From NCBI GenBank assembly GCA_035639075.1, contig DASQYT010000176.1, positions 1 to 41,536 of the forward strand: a stretch of DNA of 41,536 nucleotides, written 5' to 3'. The notes beneath the pieces were generated by a model that ran no database searches, was not told the DNA's origin, and saw nothing but the letters and a program-made list of their open reading frames with translations. Shown here piece after piece: positions 8,235 through 18,092 of the stretch (its first letter is position 1; each line of letters begins with the position of its first letter). The DNA is from Candidatus Elarobacter sp. GTDB lineage: Bacteria > Acidobacteriota > Terriglobia > Acidiferrales > UBA7541. The translations under genes and the position numbers were made by a program.

Positions 8235-8404
8235 GAGTTGTGCAAGCTTGGAATTTCCTCTGCCCCGCAAATTGAAACCTTATCCAATAGTTTCAATTTG
8301 GAACGGGTATGCCTCAATGGCTCGGTTCGAGAGATTCCCGTTTGCATTCCCAAAAAGAAAAAGATTGATTCCAAAGGAGATGGTTCCCAAAAGCCTTTTC
8401 CTTA

Positions 8405-8420
8405 TGGCGATTTGCGTGCG
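8405..8420 (+). promoter_or_regulatory. Possible sigma54 promoter of the hybrid kinase
   Basis: TGGCGATTTGCGTGC, GG-N10-GC. Imperfect palindrome GTTTCAATTTGGAAC at 8290-8304 as a possible activator site. Confidence 0.3.
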
Positions 8421-8596
8421 TATGCCAAAACGAGAATCTCGCTACCAAGCAGGCGAAGCATTTTGCTCGAAGATGGGCGGCGAAGGAAATCCGTGTAGAG
8501 CCCGGGTAAACGTGGCTGCGGGCGAGGCTCTTTGAGAATAATCCAGCGGCCACAGGCGCTCGCGAATACCGGAATCGGCGGTCAGGGGTGCATGAG

Positions 8597-11500
8597 ATGT
8601 CGTTCTTCACTAATGCATCGATTCAGCGGAAGCTGGTCATGGTCATCTCCTGCACAAGTCTTCTCGGTCTGAGCATCGCTTGCCTGGCATTCGAGTATTA
8701 CGAGAGGTCAAGCTTTCGTTCGTCCATGGTAAGTGGGCTCACGGCCAATGCGGACACTCTTGGCTTGGGTACAGCAGCCTCGTTGGCTTTTAATGATCGA
8801 AAGTCCGCAGAGGAGTGGCTGGCCACCATTCGTGCTGAAAACAATATTGTCAGCGCGACGCTGTACGGCAAATATGGGGGACTCTTTGCCGAATACCGGC
8901 GCGCGGGAACTGATGCCGGCTACAAATCACCCGTCTGCAGGAACGAAGGAGCGACGTTCGAAGCAGGCTCCCTGACTCTTTGCCGGAGCATTTCTCTGGA
9001 AGGCCGAAAGGTCGGTTCCATTATCATCGTTTCGGACCTTTCCGAGCTGCGGTCTAGAGCGGCAAAGTACACGGAAATATCCGCTCTTGTCCTGATTGTT
9101 TCTTTCCTCGCGACGGTTCTCGTCTCGCACCGTCTCGTTGGTCTAATCACCGAACCCATCCTGCAGCTTGCCGGCCTGGCCGAGAGAGTGTCTGCCAAGG
9201 AAGACTATGCGTTGCGCGCAGTACCCGCAGGCAACGATGAATTGGGAAGGCTTTTCGGATCCTTCAACCAGATGCTGGAGCGGATCCAGGAACGCGACGT
9301 GGCACTCAAGGGTGCGAAGGATCAGCTCGAAGTTCGTGTTCAGCAGCGAACGAAGGAGTTGCAGAAGGAGGTCGTCGAGCGGAAGCGAACCGAGGGGCTG
9401 CAACGGATTGCGTACGATGCGACGCGCCTTTTGGCCGAGGCCGATAGTATGGAAGAGGCTATGTCGGAGATCCTGGAGGTCATTTGTGTAGGGATGGGGC
9501 ATGAAGTGGCGGCCATCTGGAAATTAGATGAGGGAACGGACGTGCTCCGATGTACGCACGCTTGGCAGCGGGCAGGGACATCGGTCGAGGAGTTTCTGGA
9601 AGTAACTCGCAAGACATCGCTGCCTACCGCCAGAGGCTTGCCTGGGCGTGTGTGGGTCAACCAGCAGCCGGTGTGGATCGAGGATATAAGGAAGGACGCC
9701 GATTTCACTCGGGCAGAGGCGGCCGTTGCCTGTGGACTGCGTTGCTGTCTGGCTATTCCCATCTATCAGAATGCTGAACTCGGAGGCTTATTGGAGTTGT
9801 TCAGCGGGGAGGTCCAAGAACCGAATCAAGATGTGCTTCGCCTGGGCGTGGCGCTCGGTGGTCAGATTGGGCAATTCATGAGCCGCAAGCAAGCAGAAGC
9901 AAATTTGGTGAAGGCGAAAGAAATAGCGGAGGCTGCGAGCCGCGCGAAGAGCGAATTCCTCGCCAACATGAGCCACGAAATCCGCACGCCGCTGAACGGC
10001 GTGATGGGCATGACGGATCTGGCGCTCGATACACAGCTTGAACCGGAGCAACGCGAGTACCTGGAAACCGTGAAAATGTCGGCGGACTCCTTGCTAACGG
10101 TTATCAACGACATTCTGGACTTCTCCAAGATTGAAGCAGGAAAGGTCGATATCGAGGCTATCGATTTCAACCTGCGCGATTGTTTGGAGACGACATTGAA
10201 AACTCTGGCGATAAGAGCCGACGAAAAGGGGCTGGAGCTGCTGTGCGAAGTCGCTCCCGACGTGCCCGAAACCGTGCGAGGAGACTCCGGCAGATTGCGC
10301 CAGGTCCTCATGAATCTGGTCGGGAACGCCATCAAATTCACGGACAAGGGCGAAGTCGCGCTGAAAGTTCAAATGGAAGCAACTCATGATCATGATTTCA
10401 CGTTGCGGCTAACGGTGGCGGATTCCGGGATCGGCATTCCCAGGGAGAAGCAGCAAGTAATCTTCGATCCCTTTGCACAAGCGGATTCTTCCACCACGAG
10501 GAAATACGGCGGGACTGGACTGGGACTGACCATTTCGAGCAGGCTCGTGGAAATGATGGGAGGAAGAATCTGGGTGGAGAGTGAACTTGCAAGGGGGAGC
10601 CAGTTTCACTTCACGACTCGGCTCGGGATTGCCGATACGAAGGTGATCGAGGTCGGGACGATCGCCCCGCCTGAGATATTACGCGGCGTGAAAGTCCTCA
10701 TCGTCGACGACAACCGCACGAACCGGCGAATCCTGGAAGGAATGCTGAGCCGCTGGGAAATGAAATCGACTTCGGCGCAAGACGGCGAGGAAGCTCTGAA
10801 GAAATTGTCCGAAGCCCAGCAGGCCGGAGCGCCCTTCGCGCTGATTTTGATGGACATGCACATGCCCCAAATGGACGGGTTCGAATTAATCGAAAGAATC
10901 CGGCAAGGATCAAACTCCTCGACGGCCACGATCATGATGCTGACTTCAGCCGGCCATCGCGGCGATGCGGCGCGTTGTCAGGAGCTGGGCGTCGCCGCGT
11001 ACCTGCTGAAGCCGATACGGCAATCCGAATTGCGCGAGGCGATTGCGCGAGTTCTTGGCGCGCGGCAGCAGAAAGGCGCAATCGCTCTGATCACGCGGTA
11101 CTCGCTACACGATGCCCGCGAACCCTCCAGTTCATTGCGCGTCCTGCTGGCGGAAGACAATCTGGTGAATCAGCGACTGGCGTGCCGGCTGCTGGAAAAG
11201 AGGGGCCACTCCGTGGCGGTCGCGGCGAACGGCCTCGAAGCGCTGCAGGCGGTAGAAAAGGAGAGTTTTGACCTGGTTTTCATGGATGTGCAGATGCCAG
11301 TAATGGACGGGTTCGAAGCGACTGCGGCGATTCGAAAGAGGGAAGAACCTGGCGGAATGGGCTTGCCGATCGTCGCGCTGACGGCGCACGCCATGAAAGG
11401 CGACCGCGAGAAATGTTTGGCCGCGGGAATGGATGGCTACATCTCAAAGCCAATCCGGCCACAGGAGTTGGAGGAAGTTCTTCGCAAGTATCTGGCTCGA

Positions 11501-11614
11501 CGAGCGGAACGCGTGGAAGCGCAAGAGAGCACGCTCAGCAAGAAGGGAGCGGCTAAGAAAGAGCCGCTTTCTTGCGTGTCGCGTGGGGAAGAAGAAGACG
11601 CTGCGGGCCGCTAA
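8597..11614 (+). CDS. Hybrid sensor histidine kinase (periplasmic sensor, HAMP, GAF, HisKA, HATPase, two REC)
   Basis: Two TMs, [14 protein letters not shown] (HAMP), GLPGRVW (GAF), [15 protein letters not shown] (H box), [27 protein letters not shown]...LMDMHMP and AEDN...FMDVQMP. Confidence 0.95.
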   Translation: MSFFTNASIQRKLVMVISCTSLLGLSIACLAFEYYERSSFRSSMVSGLTANADTLGLGTAASLAFNDRKSAEEWLATIRAENNIVSATLYGKYGGLFAEYRRAGTDAGYKSPVCRNEGATFEAGSLTLCRSISLEGRKVGSIIIVSDLSELRSRAAKYTEISALVLIVSFLATVLVSHRLVGLITEPILQLAGLAERVSAKEDYALRAVPAGNDELGRLFGSFNQMLERIQERDVALKGAKDQLEVRVQQRTKELQKEVVERKRTEGLQRIAYDATRLLAEADSMEEAMSEILEVICVGMGHEVAAIWKLDEGTDVLRCTHAWQRAGTSVEEFLEVTRKTSLPTARGLPGRVWVNQQPVWIEDIRKDADFTRAEAAVACGLRCCLAIPIYQNAELGGLLELFSGEVQEPNQDVLRLGVALGGQIGQFMSRKQAEANLVKAKEIAEAASRAKSEFLANMSHEIRTPLNGVMGMTDLALDTQLEPEQREYLETVKMSADSLLTVINDILDFSKIEAGKVDIEAIDFNLRDCLETTLKTLAIRADEKGLELLCEVAPDVPETVRGDSGRLRQVLMNLVGNAIKFTDKGEVALKVQMEATHDHDFTLRLTVADSGIGIPREKQQVIFDPFAQADSSTTRKYGGTGLGLTISSRLVEMMGGRIWVESELARGSQFHFTTRLGIADTKVIEVGTIAPPEILRGVKVLIVDDNRTNRRILEGMLSRWEMKSTSAQDGEEALKKLSEAQQAGAPFALILMDMHMPQMDGFELIERIRQGSNSSTATIMMLTSAGHRGDAARCQELGVAAYLLKPIRQSELREAIARVLGARQQKGAIALITRYSLHDAREPSSSLRVLLAEDNLVNQRLACRLLEKRGHSVAVAANGLEALQAVEKESFDLVFMDVQMPVMDGFEATAAIRKREEPGGMGLPIVALTAHAMKGDREKCLAAGMDGYISKPIRPQELEEVLRKYLARRAERVEAQESTLSKKGAAKKEPLSCVSRGEEEDAAGR

Positions 11615-12224
11615 CGAAGGGATTACCACGTTCATAAAACCGAAGCAATTGATCGGCGGCGCGAGTAATGCCGATGCGCACAGTTTTTCCGATTTGCCCG
11701 GTAGGCTGGCTCATTTCGCCTAACCATAGCGGGCCTGGAGCGCAAAGGTCGAGACCGTCGTGGCGGCGGTCTATTTGAAAGGCGGCGGCAAGCCGTCCGG
11801 GGCCGCGAGTAAGATCAAGAAGCCGAGTGGTCTTGCGATGGCGTTGCATGAGTTCGATGCCATCGAGGGGTTCGAGCGCGCGGATGAGAATCGCTGCGGC
11901 GATTCCAGCGGGCTCACTCACGACATTCAGCATGAAGTGCGCGCCGTAATTGAAAAAAATGTAGGCGTGGCCGGGAGCGAGATACATCGAGCGAATGCGC
12001 GGAGTAGGGCCCCGGAAATGGTGCCCGGCCGGATCGCCGGGCGGATACGCTTCCGTTTCCACGATGCGGCCGCTCAGCCGGCCCGTAGGAAGATCGTGGA
12101 CGACGACTTTTCCAATAAGAAAGCGGGCGAGCTTGACAGTGTCCGACGGAAGGGCGGAGCGACGAAGGGGGCGAAGAGAGAATTTCTCTGAAGAGTTTTT
12201 GAGAGCAATGCGCGCCAAGGACAT
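11553..12224 (-). CDS. mpg: DNA-3-methyladenine glycosylase, MPG/AAG family
   Basis: [38 protein letters not shown]. Exact start uncertain. Confidence 0.9.
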   Translation of the reverse strand: MSLARIALKNSSEKFSLRPLRRSALPSDTVKLARFLIGKVVVHDLPTGRLSGRIVETEAYPPGDPAGHHFRGPTPRIRSMYLAPGHAYIFFNYGAHFMLNVVSEPAGIAAAILIRALEPLDGIELMQRHRKTTRLLDLTRGPGRLAAAFQIDRRHDGLDLCAPGPLWLGEMSQPTGQIGKTVRIGITRAADQLLRFYERGNPFVSGPQRLLLPHATRKKAALS

Positions 12225-12235
12225 GGGGCGCCGGC

Positions 12236-12568
12236 TCAGCGGGACAGCAGCTTCTGCAAGTCTTCGGGAGAAACGAGATCCTGATACTCCTTGTGCTTGC
12301 GAATGAAACTGGAGGCGTAGGGGCAAAGCGGAACAACCCCGAGACGCTTCTCACGGGCGAAATCGAGCGCAAACCGGGTAAGTTTTGCCGCCAGCCCCTG
12401 GCCTTCGAGCGACTGTGGCACTTCGGTGTGAAGCAATACGATGCGGTCGAGAGAAAGCCGATAGGTGAGCAGGGCGCGAAGTCCGTTGATGTACAGCTCG
12501 AATCGGCGCGCTTCTTCGTTGTGCCCTACGCCGACGTTATTCAGGTTTACGTCCACGGATTCGCTCAT
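12236..12568 (-). CDS. GNAT-family N-acetyltransferase (YjdJ-like)
   Basis: HTEVPQSLEGQGLA...VVPLCPY motif. Confidence 0.85.
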   Translation of the reverse strand: MSESVDVNLNNVGVGHNEEARRFELYINGLRALLTYRLSLDRIVLLHTEVPQSLEGQGLAAKLTRFALDFAREKRLGVVPLCPYASSFIRKHKEYQDLVSPEDLQKLLSR

Positions 12569-12612
12569 TGGGCCTCCGAGTGACCGGGAAAGTCTATCAG
12601 GGAACATGGATA

Positions 12613-13059
12613 CTACGGCGTAGGCGAGTCGGAAGGCTCGTTGTTGAAGAGGCGGGCCAGTTCCGCGTGGTCAATGACGACCGCAGGGTCGCGCTGGATG
12701 GCGTCGAAGTATTTTTTCTGGAATGCGTCGCCGGATTCCGTGGGAACAAACATTTTCCGCGCAAGAGCGATGGCGCTGCTGGTGTATTCCGGGGTGACAG
12801 GCTCCTTGGCGGTTAGCGTTTCATCGATCCGCACCACGAATTCGGAAATGTTGTGGAGCCAGGCGAACTGCGCGTGGTCGATGACCAGTTGGAAAAGCTC
12901 GCCGGTGGTGACGTGGCCGTTCTCGCGTTCGTATTCGCGCCGCTCCATGTTGAGAAGAGTCTTGTGGAGGCGGAGAAGAGCGAGTCGGAGGGTGAGCAGC
13001 TTCTCGCGGGCGGGGGAATCGTTGTTGGTGGGAAACAAATTGGAGTTTGTTGAATCCAT
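12613..13059 (-). CDS. Hypothetical helical protein
   Basis: LLRLHKTLL...FAWLHNISEFVVRIDE...YFDAIQRDP. Same-strand position between DUF1684 and GNAT genes. Confidence 0.7.
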   Translation of the reverse strand: MDSTNSNLFPTNNDSPAREKLLTLRLALLRLHKTLLNMERREYERENGHVTTGELFQLVIDHAQFAWLHNISEFVVRIDETLTAKEPVTPEYTSSAIALARKMFVPTESGDAFQKKYFDAIQRDPAVVIDHAELARLFNNEPSDSPTP

Positions 13060-13176
13060 TTTTTCGAATAACACTTCTATTCTCCGATAGTCAGCGCGCA
13101 ATTTCAAAACGAATACAAAGACCCCTTCCAAAGGGTTCGCGGAGAGCTCAAAGCACGCGCAGGAGAGGGCCGAAGG

Positions 13177-14106
13177 TTAGTTGTGGTATCGCCGCTCGCC
13201 GACGGGAAGCGGGATGGGAAGACGGTTGCCCGGCGGCGGGAGCGGGCACGTTGAGTAAGGAGTGTAGGCGCACGGAGGGCTTTCCAGCCGATTGAAATCG
13301 AGTACAAGCTCGCCGGGTTTATCGAGGCCGTTGGTGGGAAAGCCAGTGTAGAGAAACCGGCAAGCCCCATAAGTGGTTGTCGCGCTGGTCTTATCGCGAA
13401 GAATGAAGAAAAGTTTTGCGACAGCCGGATCCTCAAGAACGGGCTCCAGCCGAAATGTCATTCCCGCGAGCTTGAATTCCGCGACGCCAGGAACGGGTTG
13501 GTCGTAGCTGGTGCCGACGAGCGTGGCGAGCGTGATCGTCTTGTGGGGAGAATAGGGAATCCATCGCGCGATGACGCGAAAAGCGATATCGGGCTCGTAC
13601 CATTTGAGTCCGTGGAAACCCGTGATGGCGGGAGAATGAGAATCCTTGATGCGAAGGGCGAAGCGCGCTTCGCGGCGAATTACGTACATGTTGAGCGTAC
13701 CGATAGTGAGATGCAGAGAAAGCTTGTCTTTGTTTGCTTCGGCGCGCAGAGCTTGTGGTTTTGCAGGAGTGCCGGCGACAAGGAAATCCGGAGGGAATCC
13801 CCCGGCTGGAGGATTCAGCCTGACGGTTTCGCCTTCGAGGTGAAGGACGGCGAGGTGAGCGGGTCCGGAGACAAGATGGATCTTGTTGTCAGGCGCGGAG
13901 CCGACGGAATTGTCTCCATACTGGAGCCATTCCAGACCGGCGAGAGAAAGCCAGCCGTCCGGCTTGAGAAGGTCTGCTCTATGTGCTTCGCGCCAGTCGG
14001 CGTTCTCTTTTTTCCACGGATTTTCCTGCGAGGTTGCAGTCGCGGGCAGCAGTGCGAACAGAAGAGCAATGAAAAGCCAGCAGGCCGAACGATTCCTGAA
14101 GCGCAT
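13177..14106 (-). CDS. DUF1684 domain-containing exported protein
   Basis: Signal peptide, GWLSLAGLEWL, RDKTSATTTYGACRFL, LDFNR..PPCAYTPYSTCPLPPPGNRL. Confidence 0.85.
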   Translation of the reverse strand: MRFRNRSACWLFIALLFALLPATATSQENPWKKENADWREAHRADLLKPDGWLSLAGLEWLQYGDNSVGSAPDNKIHLVSGPAHLAVLHLEGETVRLNPPAGGFPPDFLVAGTPAKPQALRAEANKDKLSLHLTIGTLNMYVIRREARFALRIKDSHSPAITGFHGLKWYEPDIAFRVIARWIPYSPHKTITLATLVGTSYDQPVPGVAEFKLAGMTFRLEPVLEDPAVAKLFFILRDKTSATTTYGACRFLYTGFPTNGLDKPGELVLDFNRLESPPCAYTPYSTCPLPPPGNRLPIPLPVGERRYHN

Positions 14107-14344
14107 GAGAAAGTATACCGCGAAAGAAAAAACGCTGAAAATGAAGATAAGGAAAAGGACGTGAGTGCGCGACAGATTACCTGGGCGCGAGGCTTTTTTT
14201 GAACTGGAAACGGATTGGTGGGCGGCAGAAACACTCGCCCCGGTATCACTATTTGCAAGGAAGTATACGCCAAGCTACTGGAAAAATGCAGGTTGGCTAA
14301 ATCGATTTTCCAATGCATTCGTGCAATTCTTTGATTGCTGGAAA

Positions 14345-14374
14345 TGCAACCTGGACGTCCTCTTCCTTATCAAA
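14345..14374 (+). promoter_or_regulatory. Possible ECF-type promoter TGCAACC-N17-ATCAAA
   Basis: Same boxes and spacing recur at 26676-26705 on the minus strand. Confidence 0.35.
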
Positions 14375-14462
14375 TGAAAGTGGCCAAATCACGCTTTCCT
14401 CAGCGGGAATGATCGTCTTGATTCGCTTCCGCGGGGCGAAGACAAAAGGAAAATGGACTCTT

Positions 14463-14867
14463 ATGAGAAAGACAAAACTTACCGCAGGACTGCTGACATT
14501 TTCTCTGTTGCTGGCAGCCAGCGCCATCGCCGGTAATTCCAACAAGGGTACGCTGAATACCGACGAGACCATTACTGTCGGTAGTAAGCAGCTCCCGGCC
14601 GGTAAGTATCAGGTGGAATGGGCCGGAAGCGGACCAACCGTTGAAGTCAGCATTTCCGGCGACAGGGGAACGGTTGCCAAAGTCCCTGCGCAGCTTCTTT
14701 CGTTGAAGAAGGCCGAACCCGCGAGCGGATACTCCATCAGCACCGACCAGGCTGGCAACAAGACGCTGACGGGAATTTTGTTTGGTGGCAAGAAGTATCA
14801 GCTGTCCTTTGGCGAAGCGTCTGCGGCAACGGACACACCCTCCGATAAAACGCAAGGGAGCAACTAA
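14463..14867 (+). CDS. Hypothetical secreted beta-rich protein
   Basis: Signal peptide MRKTKLTAGLLTFSLLLAASAIA, TVGSKQLPAGKYQVEW. Followed by a strong terminator. Confidence 0.75.
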   Translation: MRKTKLTAGLLTFSLLLAASAIAGNSNKGTLNTDETITVGSKQLPAGKYQVEWAGSGPTVEVSISGDRGTVAKVPAQLLSLKKAEPASGYSISTDQAGNKTLTGILFGGKKYQLSFGEASAATDTPSDKTQGSN

Positions 14868-14897
14868 CCCGGCATTTTTCGCGGAGTTCGTAGAAGG

Positions 14898-14930
14898 AAG
14901 AAGGGACCGCGGAGCGGTCCCTTCTTTTTT
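14898..14930 (+). terminator. Rho-independent terminator
   Basis: AAGAAGGGACCGC-GGA-GCGGTCCCTTCTT followed by a T-run. Confidence 0.85.
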
Positions 14931-15162
14931 CGTCCATGTGTAATCAGTCCATAAAAATCAAGCATCAGTTCCCTGGTACTAACAGAGACTGCCGATTCCG
15001 GACCAGCCGACGTGGTCTAACAGAACTAGCTCCCAAGAGTGTATGATTTGGAGCGTTTGCCCCTGTGGAGGGTTGGGCTTTCTTGAAATGGATTGAGTCT
15101 ATTGCCTCAACCGAGTGCAATTCCCGACAGCCGTTCTGGTTTTTAGCGTTGGAGGAAGCTTC

Positions 15163-16353
15163 ATGATTGTAGGTGTGCCCCGAGAGAGCTTTCCTGGAGA
15201 GCGGCGCGTGGCGTTGGTTCCCGCAGTCGTTCCCAATCTAACGAAGGCAGGCCTGGAAGTGGTGGTGGAGGCTTGTGCCGGCATCGCTGCAGGCTACCCG
15301 GATGCGGACTACGTGGCAAAGGGCGCCAAGATTGTCTCTGCTCGCGCCGAAGTCTTCCGCGCCGCTGACATCGTTGTGCAAATTCTTTGTTATGGATCGA
15401 ACGACAAGACCGGCAAGGCCGACGTTCCCCTTTTTCGCAGCGGCCAAGTGCTCGTTGGGTTCTTGCGGCCGCTCGGCTCGATCGAAACCATTAAAGAAAT
15501 CGCTTCGAAGGGCGTTACTTCCTTTTCCGTCGAATTGATGCCGCGAACGACGCGCGCCCAGAGCATGGACGTGCTTTCTTCGATGGCTACAATTTGCGGC
15601 TACAAGGCAGTCGTTCTCGCTGCGGACACTTCGCCGCGTATCTTTCCGATGCTCACCACGGCAGCGGGAACGATTACTCCTGGGCGCGTTTTCGTGATTG
15701 GAGCGGGCGTTGCCGGTTTGCAGGCAATCGCTACGGCGCGGAGACTCGGCGCCGTGGCTTCCGGTTACGATCTGCGTCCCGCGGCGAAAGAACAAGTGCA
15801 GAGCCTCGGCGGGCGCTTCGTCGAGCTTCCCATTGAAGCTAAGGATGCTGAGGATGCCCGCGGGTATGCGCGGCCACAGGACGAAACTTTTTACAAACGG
15901 CAGCGCGAACTCCTTGGAAAGGTCGTGGCAGAGAGTGACGTGGTGATTACCGCGGCGGTCATTCCCGGAAAGAAGCCTCCGATTCTGGTGACCAAGGAAA
16001 TGGTCGCGAGCATGGCCCCGGGGTCGGTCATCGTCGATTTGGCCGGCGAGCGCGGCGGCAATTGCGAGCTTACTCGCCCCGGAGAAATCGCTGTGGAGCA
16101 CGGCGTGACCATCATCGGGTGGTTCAACCTGGCCAGCACCGTGCCGTATCACGCCAGCCAGATGTACGCGCGAAACGTGACCGCTTTCCTGCTCCATCTC
16201 GTGAAAGATGGAAAACTGCAACTGGATCTGGAGGATGAAATCATCCGCGAGACGATGCTGACGCGCGACGAAGAAGTCGTCAATGCGCGTGTGCGGGAAT
16301 TCTTTTCGCTCCCGCCCTTGCCCGCGCAATCCAAGGAGATGGCGAAATCATGA
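15163..16353 (+). CDS. pntA: NAD(P) transhydrogenase alpha subunit part 1 (domain I)
   Basis: MIVGVPRE..GERRVALVP, RAQSMDVLSS, GAGVAGLQAIATARRLGA, GSVIVDLA..GGNC. GGAGG SD. Confidence 0.95.
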   Translation: MIVGVPRESFPGERRVALVPAVVPNLTKAGLEVVVEACAGIAAGYPDADYVAKGAKIVSARAEVFRAADIVVQILCYGSNDKTGKADVPLFRSGQVLVGFLRPLGSIETIKEIASKGVTSFSVELMPRTTRAQSMDVLSSMATICGYKAVVLAADTSPRIFPMLTTAAGTITPGRVFVIGAGVAGLQAIATARRLGAVASGYDLRPAAKEQVQSLGGRFVELPIEAKDAEDARGYARPQDETFYKRQRELLGKVVAESDVVITAAVIPGKKPPILVTKEMVASMAPGSVIVDLAGERGGNCELTRPGEIAVEHGVTIIGWFNLASTVPYHASQMYARNVTAFLLHLVKDGKLQLDLEDEIIRETMLTRDEEVVNARVREFFSLPPLPAQSKEMAKS

Positions 16354-16655
16354 AGCTCGATCTGCTTACGAGCCTCTACGTTTTCATGCTGGCCGCATTC
16401 ATCGGATTTGAAGTGATCCGGCGCGTTTCACCTCTTCTGCACACTCCTTTGATGTCACTGACGAACGCGCTCGATGCCATCGCCGTTGTCGGAGCCATCC
16501 TTCTTGCCGGTGAATACCATGCGCCCGGGACCATGCTTGCCAAGATTCTCGGAACCATCGCGATCGTGGCCGCTACCAGCAATATCGTCGGCGGGTTTCT
16601 GATTACTGACCGCATGCTGAGAATGTTCAAAGCGAGCGGGCCCAAGAAACCATGA
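16350..16655 (+). CDS. pntA: NAD(P) transhydrogenase alpha subunit part 2 (membrane)
   Basis: LHTPLMSLTNA, NIVGGFLITDRMLRMF. ATGA overlaps on both sides. Confidence 0.95.
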   Translation: MKLDLLTSLYVFMLAAFIGFEVIRRVSPLLHTPLMSLTNALDAIAVVGAILLAGEYHAPGTMLAKILGTIAIVAATSNIVGGFLITDRMLRMFKASGPKKP

Positions 16656-18046
16656 CCAACCTGCCCGGCATGGAAAACATCATCGAAATCACCTATCTGA
16701 TTGCCACCGCGCTTTTCATTCTTTCGCTCAAGTGGCTGAGCTCTCCGGCTACCGCTCGCCGCGGAGTCTTTGCCGGCGAACTCGGCATGCTGCTGGCGAT
16801 TGCCGGCACGCTACTGCATCGCGGCATCGTCGAATACAAATGGATCGTGATCGCTCTGGTGCTGGGAACGATCATCGGTGTGCCTCTTGGCGAAGTGGCC
16901 ATGACCGCAGTGCCGCAGCGGACCGCTCTCAGCCACGCATTTGGCGCGCTGTGTGTGACCCTGGTTGGCACCGCCGAATTTTATTTGCGCGCGCCGGACG
17001 TGCCGCGTTTCATGATGGGCGTGCTTTCGCTGGAAGTTATCCTCGGTTCGCTGACGTTTACCGGCAGCCTTATGGCCGCGGGAAAATTACAGGAAGTTCT
17101 GCCGCAGCGGCCCATCACGTATAGAGGGCAGAACATCATCAACCTCGGGCTCCTGGGAGTCGCGATCGTTGTCGCAGGCATGCTGGTAGCGCATCCGGAG
17201 AAGACTCAGCTTTTTCCGCTGATTGTTGGCATTCCTATTCTGTTCGGCGTGATGATGATTATTCCCATCGGCGGAGCGGACATGCCGACAGTGATCTCTC
17301 TTTTGAATTCCTACGCAGGGCTATCGGCCGCAGCGATGGGCTTCGTGCTCGACAGCAAACTGCTGATCATTGCGGGCGCGCTCGATGGCGCCTCCGGCTT
17401 CATTCTTTCCGTGAACATGTCGAAAGCGATGAACCGCTCGTTTTCAAACGTACTTTTTGGGGCGTTTGGACAGGAGCAGACTGCGGCAGCAACCAAACAG
17501 GAAGCGCGGCCGGTGCGCAGCGCGACTCCGGAAGAAGCCGCGGCAATTCTCGCAGCCGCAAATAAAGTGGTTATTGTGCCCGGTTACGGAATGGCCGTCG
17601 CGCAAGCGCAACATAAAGTGCGCGAACTATACGATGCACTCACAAAGCGTGGCGTCGATGTAAAGTTTGGAATTCATCCGGTCGCCGGCCGCATGCCCGG
17701 GCACATGAATGTTCTTCTCGCCGAAGCGGACATTCCTTACGATAAGCTGCTGGACATGGACGAAATCAACGGGGAATTTCCGCAAACCGATGTGGCGCTG
17801 GTGATCGGCGCGAACGACGTGACCAATCCCGCAGCGCGCACTGACGCATCAAGCCCGATTTTTGGCATGCCGATTCTCGACGTCGACAAGGCGCGCACGG
17901 TGATGGTGATCAAACGCAGCATGGGGGCGGGGTTTGCGGGAATTGAAAACCCGCTCTACTACCTCGACAAAACGCTCATGCTCTTCGGCGACGCAAAATC
18001 CTTCGTCGGCTCCATCGTGCGCGAACTCGGCGGCGGCCACGAATAG
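16652..18046 (+). CDS. pntB: NAD(P) transhydrogenase beta subunit
   Basis: IGGADMPTVISLLNSY, PGYGMAVAQAQH, IHPVAGRMPGHMNVLLAEA, GANDVTNPAA. Confidence 0.97.
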   Translation: MTNLPGMENIIEITYLIATALFILSLKWLSSPATARRGVFAGELGMLLAIAGTLLHRGIVEYKWIVIALVLGTIIGVPLGEVAMTAVPQRTALSHAFGALCVTLVGTAEFYLRAPDVPRFMMGVLSLEVILGSLTFTGSLMAAGKLQEVLPQRPITYRGQNIINLGLLGVAIVVAGMLVAHPEKTQLFPLIVGIPILFGVMMIIPIGGADMPTVISLLNSYAGLSAAAMGFVLDSKLLIIAGALDGASGFILSVNMSKAMNRSFSNVLFGAFGQEQTAAATKQEARPVRSATPEEAAAILAAANKVVIVPGYGMAVAQAQHKVRELYDALTKRGVDVKFGIHPVAGRMPGHMNVLLAEADIPYDKLLDMDEINGEFPQTDVALVIGANDVTNPAARTDASSPIFGMPILDVDKARTVMVIKRSMGAGFAGIENPLYYLDKTLMLFGDAKSFVGSIVRELGGGHE

Positions 18047-18092
18047 CTCCGCTTAATTCCAGGTCCTCTGGCGCTTTGCCAGTTCCCACCCA

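Noticed and set aside
14254-14273. sigma54-like TTGGCG...TTGCA on the minus strand upstream of DUF1684
   Set aside because: Spacing is GG-N13-GC, incompatible with the strict N10 requirement.
15163-16655. Split pntA as a frameshifted pseudogene
   Set aside because: Three-subunit transhydrogenases are established (Rhodospirillum rubrum, Thermus thermophilus), and part 2 has its own SD and ATGA coupling.
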